Of a stretch of DNA of 64,000 nucleotides, positions 28,101 to 40,100 are shown one piece after another. How positions within the stretch are numbered: the first letter of the stretch is position 1; every line of letters starts with the position of its first letter. The notes beneath the pieces are model-generated. The model was not told where the DNA came from and did not search any database. It saw only the letters and a list, made by a program, of their open reading frames with translations. A program made the position numbers and the translations under genes. This stretch comes from Antedon mediterranea (Eukaryota > Animalia > Echinodermata), in NCBI RefSeq assembly GCF_964355755.1, contig NC_092680.1, positions 15,509,045-15,573,044 of the forward strand, written 5' to 3'.

Positions 28101-31100
28101 TTTAAAATTATTTTACAACTTTTTTTAGCAGTGTACAATGCGACTCTACAGCTCACTATGTCTGTCGGTTGGTCGGTCGGTTGGTTGGTCAGGTGGTTGG
28201 TATTAACACTAACTCATTTGAGCATGTGACTGCAGCCATGTATATGGCCTTGTTTGCTAAATTCTTACAGCTAACGATGTATTTTATTAGGCTTTTCATT
28301 CATTATTAATATTATTAGTACAGTAATAACATATGCTTTTTTTTCTTTAGTAATTAGCATTCTGTACAGTCACAGGTCATTAACATCCAACTTTAATTAC
28401 TATTATACAACAAAAATAGTAGAAAAAGTATTGCAAATTAAGCCCACTTTTGTTAAAAATCCTTTTAGCAATACTCTGTTGGCTCATCAAACATATTAAA
28501 AGATATTATGCTATTATTGACAGTTATTAACTGTTATTATACAATAAGCCAACAGATGTAATATAATTTTAAATCAACATTATAATTGCCACGACTCAAA
28601 ACTGGTTTTGAGGGCACTAATTTGTAAGGCGCCATAGCTAGCTTAGTATGAGACGTGTGTCAACCATAACTACAAATACTACAAATAATAATAAAGAACA
28701 AAATATTAATTAATTGTTGTTGATTAACATCCATGGGTCAAATTGGAAATACCATTTTTTGTTAAAGTTGATTATTTCTGTACTATTGTTAATGTAAGAA
28801 AGTGAGCTGTTCTAAGCTTTAATAGGCATTTTATATTGGTAAGGTGGTCAGTTCCTTTTTCTGCGTGGTATGTATGATCTGAGAAGACCGTCTTAAATCA
28901 CCTTAATTTTTTTATTATGAATTTGATTTGATACTGTTTTTGTTTTCCTTGTACTTTACACAAAATCTGTTTATAGTCATTGTTCATATTGCTTGTTCAA
29001 GGGTCTCTTTTTTCATTAAAATGAACTTTTTTTTGCAACCATAAGAAACCTAGAAAGGAGGCAAATGATGTTGGCTGTACTCTCCAGTCACCCTTTTACA
29101 TCATGCATTTTTATCGATAGATGTATTCGTATTGCGTTAAATTAGACTAAGATCATGTGCGACTCTCAATGGTAATTCTAATGCTACCTCCATTAACAAC
29201 TGTTTTCTACTACCATTTAACTTTATCTTATGTATTTAGTACGGATTTAAAAACATCTATTTTGCTTTTATAAATTCAAGCTATTAAGAGACTTTAAATC
29301 CAGTGCACTTGAATAGGACGCCAAAGTTAAGCCAGTCACTAAATAGATACGTCTTCAACAGTGATGGCAGGAATTGTTTATTTATTTAAACTAAAGAAAA
29401 AAATGTTTTCCGAAATAAAAGAAGTTGAAAATGAAATTGAAAGATGATTTTATCTATTTTAATCTATTTTAATTTATAGATTATTGGTCCTTTAAATCTT
29501 TACAACCATGGAAATTGACTATAAACAATCCATTATTAGTTCCACCGTCAAATACTGATATTTATTTAAACTAAAGACAAAAATGTTTTCCGAAATAAAA
29601 GAAATTGAAAATGAAATTGAAAGAAGATTTTATCTATTTTAATCTATTTTATAGATTATTGGTCCTTTATATCTTTACAACCATGGAAATTGACTATAAA
29701 CAATCCGTTATTATTTCCACCGTCAAATACTGATATTGGTATAAAGATATTGTAATTGCTAAAAATTGCCACAGCTTTAATGTCCCTTCACAATTTTTTT
29801 ATAAACTTAAGAACGGTAAAGTATAAAGATTTTGTTTGTGCATATTTTTAAAAATATCTGTAAAACTGAGAAAATCTCCTTTAATCTGTCATAACCTGAT
29901 GTATCTTAATATTCTTTTCATTTGATTGGCTTATACAATAATCTTTATTTTATCTTGATTTACATATTTCTGCTTCAATCAGTTCTAAATAAATTCACTG
30001 AGTGAGAGTTGATTGTATAGGCTACTTATTATACCTTCTGCTTCCATTTAGTAAATTAGTTATTTATCTTGACTCAGATAATTATAGTAGAACTCATATT
30101 AAGCGAACACCTTTAATAGGAGTGCCCCTTATAACAAGAATTTAGGAATTGTCAGTAGCTGAAGTAAAGCATATTTCCTCTAATTTATTAACTAAAAAAT
30201 GTCCCTTTTATAAAGGAGAAGTTCTGTAGATTGTTGTTGTACAGTATTGTAGTGTAAAATAGCAAACGTAACAATGTCACTATTTTCATACAATCTCTCG
30301 CTCACCCCCCCCCCCCCCTAAAATGAAATACTGTAGTGCTTTTCAATGTAAAGAACTGGCATAATAGAGAGTCCATATTAATAGTAATGTTATGTGTCTG
30401 TTATCATTTACATTTTGTTTGTATAGAGTGTTAGGTAGCTAGAATGAACATTAACTCTGTGGTCTATTACATTATTGCATACATAATCAGATAGATTTAT
30501 CTTTATACTGTAGGCATATTCTCTCTTTATTTTTAATATTACTATAATTAACTTTATATTTTCTTTATTTTTTATTAATTATTAATATTACATTACAAAA
30601 TTATTCTCGGAATCATTTACTAGTATTATTTTAACTTATGTACATCTAATAATTATTACAGCTACATTCATTCAAATGCACGTTATAACAGAACAGATTT
30701 TCAAATTACCGAAAAAATCTAAATATTTATGTGCTGTGCCTTTAGCAGTATTACTCAGTTTGTTGACCTTTGATCTGTTGTAAAGTCAATGTACGCTATA
30801 TTTTATGAGGAGAATCAAAAGGAAACCAATTAGACAAAAACACGTACTGTATCTCCTTTGTTTAAAAAATTAGGATTTCTAGTATACTGTACCTCAACTG
30901 ATAATTGCATGAATTTCACACTTACAGAAAAATCTAGCATTCAATTATATGCATCTGTATATGAGCATTAAAATCTTAAAGCTATACATTTTAAATTTAA
31001 TTAAGTGGACTGCAATGGATGACTTTAGTTGGTCAACACAAATGATTTGCTAACATGAACCAACCAACTACATTACATACATTTGCCTCTCTCCATCCAT

Positions 31101-34100
31101 GGGATTTGCCTTCGTCCATTTTCTTGTATTATCACTTGCCATTTTGTTTTTGTTACTTTTGTCTTCTGGACGTGAATAAATGTTCTTTGAATTGAATTGA
31201 ATTGAATTGAATTGAATTGAATTGAATGGTCTACAAATTGGTAACTGGTATTGATGAAAACTAAACTGCGCTGATTACGGCTGCAACATTATGGGAGTCA
31301 TATTATTATTCCTGAAATAATTTTTTTTTTATGATTTGAAATGAGAGCGCCCTCTCAACAGAAGTGACACAATGTTACATCATTTAAAATATGTAAAATA
31401 GATTGGTGAAAACCATAAATCAATTATTTAAAATTCCTACAAATACAGTATCGATCAATATATATTATATAAATTATAATATAAGCAACATTTTTGTGTC
31501 TCATTACAATTTAAAGTAATGATCATCATGGTATCAACACTTTCTTTATTTCTGTGTGCCATGTGCTATAGTATTATAAATTCACAAGCATAACAAAATT
31601 CTAAACTGCCTATAAATGAAATACTGAAAATTAATTAATTTATCAACCATAGAGCTAGATAAAGGAAAGTTGTAAGAATAAAAAAGGCTGCTTCAACTGA
31701 GATTCGTACCCAGAGTCTTTTGCTTTACTCATACAGACATCCTATGGACCACTGAGGCTTTCATTGTACCATTCAAATTCGATTAGATCGCGACTCTCAC
31801 GAACACTTTGTTCTCAATTGTCACACAGGATCAATTTGGTTTACCCTCATCTTTGTACGATGTGTGTCTATATAATACTGTATTTCATTTAGTATTTTTG
31901 ATTTAGCTTGTTGCTTATTCTATTTGTATCTTCATTGAGATTCAGCTGCTGATACCCACAGCATTGTCATTTTTTCAGTAATTTTACCTTTGGATTTTCA
32001 AATAGTGTTTTGATATTAATTGATGCTCATATTGAGTAAAAATCAAATCATTTTATTATTGATATATCATTTCATTGAAGCAAAAGAACTTTGTTCGAGA
32101 TTTATTGGCAAGTAAACCAGACAAAATGTATGATCAGAAGGTGATTAAGGACCGTTATACAAAAAAAGTTATCATTGACATAAAAAAATGTTGTAATGAT
32201 TATTAGAACAGTATGTTAGAATACAACGATCAACAATATAATTCAAATGTGTTTTTTTTTTCTTTTTTTTTTTGACACTGAATATAAATAAAAGATTTGA
32301 TTAAAATGCATTCTAATTACACGTTTTACATTAAAGCTCTTGGCTATATTACTATAATGTTGTATAAATTGACGCAATTAACTATATATAGAACAATGTA
32401 CTATGATATTATAGTCAATAAATCGATAAATTCTGACCTTTTTAGAATTTGCCTATTCATTCATCTTGGTTTATTTCCAATGTATTTTGTTACATAGTTC
32501 TGATAATAAAGCAAAACATTTTGCATTTTACATAAAGTTGCCATAATTATTAAAATAATACACAGAGGCTGTACAAGATAAAACTTAGTTTAAAAGGTGC
32601 TTTAGAGAAAATTCTTACTATCAAACAATAATTATGTATTTTGTAGAAGATTAGATTATATCCAACAATACAAAGTTTAACTTCTGGTTTAATAGTGATT
32701 TGATTTTTTCTTTATTTCAGCATCATAAAATCAATTTACATAAAATACAATGAATATACAGAAAACAAAAGATCAAAACATCAACAATATACAAACAGCG
32801 ATTCCAAGTGCAAAAGGATTTTTTTTTTAACATTATAAGAATCATTTCTGTGATAGTTGTCATTTTGCAGAATTCAGTTACTGCTGTTTCTCCAAGCAGG
32901 CGCCTAACCAAAAAACAGTTATTTCAGCATTTAAGGTGTTCGGTCATGCATGAAATATTGCTGGTATTACATGTTTACTTGCATTAATCAATGTTTCGCC
33001 ACCATCATGTAGCGAGCTAGATTAGTATGATGGTTTACTTGTTAACACTTCTAATCCGGTTACATTTAATTTATTCAATTTAAAGACTTGTCTCTCTTCA
33101 GGTTTTCTTCACCACTCAAAGTGTCAAAATAATAATGTTGTCAATAATTTGTCAATTGTTTGACGGCTAAGGTAGTGGTTTCTTGCCAGAATTTTAAATA
33201 AAGGGTTAAAATCATGGCATACAGTGCCAAGGGTTCAAATCCCAGCTTAGTACCATTAAGGGTTCAATTCCTGGCATATAGTGCCAATGGTTCAAATCCC
33301 AGCTTAGTACCATGAAGGGTTCAATTCCTGGCATACAGTACCAAGGGTTCAATTCCTGGCATACAGTGCCAAGGGTTCAAATCCCAGCTTAGTACCAAGG
33401 GTTCAATTCCTGGCATACAGTGCCAAGGGTTCAAATCCCAGCTTAGTACCATGAAGGGTTCAATTCCTGGCATACAGTGCCAAGGGTTCAAATCCCAGCT
33501 TAATACCATGAAGGGTTCAATTCCTGGCATACAGTGCCAATGGTTCAAATCCCAGCTTAGTACCATGAAGGTTCAATTCCTGGCATACAGTGCCAAGGGT
33601 TCAAATCCCAGCTTAGTACCATGAAGGGTTCCATTCCTGGTATACAGTGCCAAGGGTTCAAATCCCAGCTTAGTACCATGAAGGGTTCAATTTCTGCATA
33701 CAGTGCCAAGGGTTTAAATCCCAGCTTAGTACCATGAAGGGTTCAATTCCTGGCATACAGTGCCAAGGGTTCAAATCCCAGCTTAGTACCATGAAGGGTT
33801 CAATTCCTGGCATACAGTGCCAAGGGTTCAAATCCCAGCTTAGTACCATGAAGGGTTCAATTCCTGGCATACAGTGCCAAGGGTTCAAATCCCAGCTTAG
33901 TACCATGAAGGGTTCAATTCCTGGCATACAGTGCCAATGGTTCAAATCCCAGCTTAGTACCATGAAGGGTTCAATTCCTGGCATACAGTGCCAAGTGTTC
34001 AAATCCCAGCTTAGTACCATAAAGGGTTCAATTCCTGGCATAGAGTGCCAAGGGTTCAAATCCCAACTTAGTACCATGAAGGGTTCAATTCCTGGCATAC

Positions 34101-37100
34101 AACGTGCCAAGGGTTCAAATCCCAGCTTAGTACCATGAAGGGTTCAATTCCTGGCATACAGTGCCAAGGGTTCAAATCCCAGCTTAGTACCAAGGGTTCA
34201 ATTCCTGGCATAGAGTGCCAAGGGTTAAAATCCCAGCTTAGTACCATGAAGGGTTCAATTCCTGGCATACAGTGCCAAGGGTTCAAATCCCAGCTTAGTA
34301 CCATGAAGGGTTCACTTCCTGGCATACAGTACCAATGGTTCAATTCCTGGCATACAGTGCCAAGGGTTCAAATCTCAGCTTAGTACCATGAAGGGTTCAA
34401 TTCCTGGCATAACAGTGCCAAGGGTTCAAATCCCAGCTTAGTACCATGAAGGGTTCAATTCTTGGCATACAGTGCCAAGGGTTCAAATCCCAGCTTGGTA
34501 CCATGAAGGGTTCAATTCCTGGCATACAGTGCCAAGGGTTCAAATCCCAGCTTATAGTACCATGAAGGGTTCAATTCCTGGCATACAGTGCCAAGGGTTC
34601 AAATCCCAGCTTAGTACCATGAAGGGTTTAATTCCTGGCATACAGTGCCAAGGGTTCAAATCCCAGCTTAGTACCATGAAGGGTTCAATTCCTGGCATAC
34701 AGTGCCAAGGATTCAAATCCCAGCTTAGTACCAAGGGTTCAATTCCTGGTATCAGATGCACCAAGGCTTCATATCCTAGCATACAGTATCAAGGGTTCGA
34801 ATCCCAGCTTAGTCCCAAGTGTTCAATTCCTGGTATCAGATGCACCAACACTTCATATCCTAGCTTAGTCCTGGTATCAGATTTAGTTGTACAGTATCAA
34901 GGCTTCGTATCCTAGCATACAGTATCGAGGGTTCAATCCCAGCTTAGTATACTAAGGGTTCAAATCCAAGCTTAGTACTAAGGGTCAAATTCAAGATTAG
35001 TACAGACGTTTCTGATAACAGTGCTTGTTCATCATCAGCTAATATATATTATTTCTAATAAAATATTATCATTGTTTATTAATTAATAAAACAGTTATTA
35101 TTTCTAAGTTATGCATTTATGAAATGTAAAGTTTTGATGTTGTTAGATAATTACTGCAACTAGACAATTTAGTTTGACAACATGTGTGTGACAGTGTGGT
35201 TGCTTTGTTTGTGTATTGTTCAAGATTGGTATTGTTCTTTTTTTATTGAGTGTTTTTATTCCTGCCATCTCTATTACAATATATATTTCACGACGGTTTT
35301 ATTTTACAAGACAGATGGTCAAAACTAACTCTATTTCATATTCAGTAACTGACCAATATTTCTTCCTAAAGAAACCAGGACTTAAATGCCTCAGGTCATA
35401 GAAAATGTGTTGTAGTCAACAGCTTCTCTGTGAATGGGATAAAATTAAGTGAATCCCTGAACAAAGAGGAAAAGAACAAAGGCCTCGTCGCCTAATAGGT
35501 GGCTGACACACAGGGTTGTATTAGCTTTTGTTTATTTCCATAGAATTCATATCTTTTATAAATTTGTGTTTTTTTAAAAGTTATTTTCTATAAAGATGAC
35601 ATAGTGGACATTTACAAGAGAAAAATACTCCCACTTTTGCTAAAAATGTTATAAAAACATCTTAAATCCGATTTTGATTTTGTAATTTTTGTAAGAAAGT
35701 TTATTGTTATTAATATTAATAATAATAATAATATTGTTGTCATAGAGAACTTTAAACATTATAATTAAAAATGAGATTAATTTAATATTATTGTTATTTT
35801 CAATCTCATTTTCAAGAAAATGTTTATCTTTTTGATTCAGAGTAGGAGTTGTATGTACCTAAAAAGGTAAACACTTCCACATGTGTTATAACAACATCTA
35901 AAATCCGATTTTGATTTTGGTAATTTTTTTAAGAAATGTTATTGTTAATAATAATAATAATAATATTTTTGTCATAGATAACTTTAAAGCCCCCTTCCCT
36001 ACGTTTTTTAGATCTAATTTAAGATCACAAACTATATTTAATGTAAAAATAATACTATATGGTCCTATTGCGATAACTTTTTTCGTCTTTAAACGGTTAA
36101 AAATGTGAAAAATAAGTTGATCCTAATAATTATAGCGGCCCGCTATAAATCCCAAAATACATTGCGCGCGGATTGATATTTTTGTTTTTCACCTGTAATT
36201 CGCCCACTCTTCGATCAATCGTGAGGCCAAAACAAATGGAAGACTCCCTAACTTTTCAGCAAAAATACCGGGTTTTCCCCAATTTGTATCAAAAATAGAA
36301 AGACAATTAATGCAGCAACTATACAACGTCAGGCTAGGTATATATGTTTACCAGCTAGGCCTACAAAACTAAGCCTAGCTAGGCTAGGCCTAAGACTGTC
36401 CACGAGAGGTCGATCGCCGCGAGCTACTTAGGTAGTGCATTGTTTCTCACTTTTTATCATAATTTACCATAAAACGTACATTTAAGACAAGGAATGACAT
36501 GGTTTAATGTTTTTAAAGTGATATATGTATTATTTTCCAAAAAAACGTCCAAAATTGCAGGGAAGGGGTGTTTAAACTTTATAATTAAAAAATGAGAATA
36601 ATTTAATATTATTATTTTAATTCAATCTCATTGTCAAAAAATGTTTATGAAATATATATTGTAATGGAGATGGCAAGAATAAAAACACTCAATAAAAAAA
36701 GAACAATACCAATCTAGAACAATACACATATAAAGCAACCACACTGTCACACACACATTGTCAAACTGAATCAAAATGTATCTTTTTGATTCAGAGTAGG
36801 AGTTTTGTATGTACCTACCTTTATTAACCCCAGGGGAATGCTCAAAATAAGACTTCTGCTTACTACTATAAATTCTGTGGTCCTTAAGGTTCAAATCTTC
36901 CCTACTATTTAAATTGCATTTTAAAAACTTGACTTTGTGAATAACAAACTATGATTTAAAAAAAAGGCTTTTATATGATTGTATAAAGGTCAATTTACAC
37001 AGACGAGCGGTAACAGAGGCGGAAAACTGTTTGCTTGTCCCACGTAGATTGTGTACCTATCCTGAGTGGGTTTCCACTCAACCGCCAGTCCACCCCGCAT

Positions 37101-40100
37101 TTTGTTGTTGAGTCGCTTACCGTTTACCGCTCGTCAGTGTAAATTGACACCTGGTTCATAAGAGAAGTTAAAAGGTTAATAAGAAATAAAGTATTCAGTT
37201 TTTTGGGTGGATGTTTTATGCTTGTGGAATATGTTGAATGTGGCTGTTAAATAACACATGATAATACAAATACAAATAAACATAACAAAACCCATGATGG
37301 TGACAGGATTAAACAAAGACAAACTTATTGCTGTACAAATTGTCTCAGCCGTCAAAAAAGGCCCATTTATATCCATCCCAGTATCAAGACTGTGTATATT
37401 TAAACCTTATAAACAGATGGCAATTTCAGTCATTTTTATGGTTAGCTTTGTGTGGGGAAAAGAAACATTATCCACCATAAGTAGCATATTAACTTAATAT
37501 CTGTCCACCTTGCTAGCTAATCATGCTCAATGGTAAATTATGTATGTCTTTTGCCAATTGGTCTTAATTATCTCATAATCCTCTAAGGAATAACTGCACT
37601 TTAATATTACATTTAAATTATAAACTATATTACACTTTTACATATATCTAGGATGAAGAATATGTAAAATATTTTATTTTGTTTCCTTTTTGGCGAAGTT
37701 CTTTTAAAATCATTAATCTTTTCTTCAAATTAAATGTTGTTCAACATAATTCATGTTCATTTATTTTATTTGTTTATTTAATTTTTGTTTATATGCATCT
37801 TGCGATTCAAGTAATTTGTCCACATCACAAAAAAACGCCACCGCTTGTGATTGATTGCATCCACATTGGAACTAAATAATAAAGAAGCTCAACCACAACA
37901 ACAGGCTCATCCACCACAACAACAGGCTCATCCACCACAACAACAGGCTCATCCACCACAACAAGAAGCTCACCCACAACAACCAGAAACTCACCCACAA
38001 CAACCAGAAGCTCAACCACCACAACAAGAAGCTAACCCACAACAACAAGAAGCTAACCCACAGTAACAAGCTAACCCAAAACAAGAAGCTCATCCAAAAC
38101 AAGAAGCTCACCCACCACAATAAGAAGCTCACCCACCACAACAAGAAGCTAACCCACAACAACAAGCTAACCCACAACAACAAGAAGTTAACCCACAACA
38201 ACAAGGAGCTCACGAACAACAACAAGAAGCTCAACCACAACAACCCAACAAGAAGAAGCTCATTCACCACAACAAGAAGCTCACCCACAACAACAAGAAG
38301 CTAACCCACAACAAGAAGCTCAACCACAACAACCCAACAAGAAGAAGCTCATTCACCACAACAACAAGCTAACCCACAACAAGAAGCTCATCCAAAACAA
38401 GAAGCTCACCCACCACAATAAGAAGCTCACCCACCACAACAAGAAGCTAACCCAACAAGACGCTAACCCACAACAACAAGAAGCTAACCCACAACAACAA
38501 GAAGCTAACCCAAAACAACAAGAAGCTAACCCACAACAACAAGAAGCTCAACCACAACAACCCAACAAGAAGAAGCTCATTCACCACAACAAGAAGCTCA
38601 CCCACAACAACAAGAAGCTAACCCACAACAACCAGAAGCTCAACCACCACAAGAAGCTCATCCAAAACAAGAAGCTCACCCACCACAATAAGAAGCTCAC
38701 CCACCACAACAAGAAGCTAACCCACAACAAAAAGCTCAACCACCACAACAAGAAGCTCATCCACCACAACAAGAAGCTCACCCAACAAGAAGCTAACCCA
38801 CAACAACAAGAAGCTCATCCACAACTCACCCAACAAGAAGCTAACCCTTGACAACCAGAAGCTCAACCACAACAACAAGAAGCTCACCCACAACAACAAG
38901 AAGCTCAACCAACAAGAAGCTAACCCACAACAACAAGAAGCTAACCCACAACAAGGAGCTCACTAACAACAACAAGAAGCTAACCCACAACAAGAAGTTC
39001 AACCACAACAACCCAACAACAAGAAGCTCACACGCAACAACCAGAAGCTCAACCACCACAACAAGAAGCTAACCCACAACAACAAGAAGTCAACCCACAA
39101 CAAGAAGCTCATCCAAAACAAGTGATTTTGGCTCAGACTGTAGAAATATTATATGAAAAAAGTGATCCCAAACAGCAGTTTTAGATTCTTAATTTCCATT
39201 TGGAATTAATATCTCAATAATAATTATTATAATGTCTTTAATGTTTTACTTGTGCATGTTATCATCATCATCATCCCACAGTACAAGGTTCAATGATTCA
39301 CTAGGTTCACATTATTAAACATTCATGTATCTTAACATCACATCTCTTTGTGAGTTATTTTTCCTGTTCATTGCCTTTGTGGTGTGTTAATGAACCAACA
39401 CATAATATTGTGTCTCAACCAGAGACTAAATATCTAGCCAACATCTGTCTGCTATGTTTACTGTTTTGTCATTAGTCTAGTCATTAAAAAAGTGATATTG
39501 AATGTCAGTAAATGTACATTTATGTATGGTGGTAATAATAGATGGAAACTTGAAATTGAATGTGATAATAATTCACAATCTTTCAAAATAAATGTTGTGA
39601 AAAACATAGTTAATGCAGTTTTTTTTCTATTAAATATACATTAATTACATTACTGCACCTATATGATCATCCTTCTATAGTAATATTCTTCCAAATTTAA
39701 CAATCTTGTGATAGAAATATTCTCAGATTTTTTTTTTTCAGTAAAATAAATAAATAACAAATAAAGCAGTTTCTATCTCTTTCACAATATTAGTATTATC
39801 TATTATCTACCCACATAAAAATATATATATCCAAAAGGCAAATTACTGAAAAAATGACAATGCTGTGGGTATCAGTGGCTGGATCTCAATGGAGATACAA
39901 AAAAAAGGCGAAAAGCTAAATCAAAACGATAAAGTAAAACACCCAGAAAAGTTAGCAGAGCTTTCGGGCAACACTAGCCCTTCATCAGTGCAATATGTAT
40001 ATATATAAATAATAAATAAATAAATATATATCTCGGTTGGGGCGACTTTTTCTCATTCTCCCAGATTTCCTCATCTTTATCGTTTCAAAAATTAATTAAA

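Noticed and set aside
33321-34915. Periodic ORFs ([11 protein letters not shown]..., [12 protein letters not shown]...)
   Set aside because: Translations of the 57-bp satellite, broken by frameshifting indels.
33201-34990. CRISPR-like array
   Set aside because: Units are contiguous repeats with no unique spacers, there are no cas genes, and the context is eukaryotic.
37176-37497. Hydrophobic 66-79-aa ORFs on both strands
   Set aside because: No recognisable domain or convincing splice sites; typical of random AT-rich sequence.
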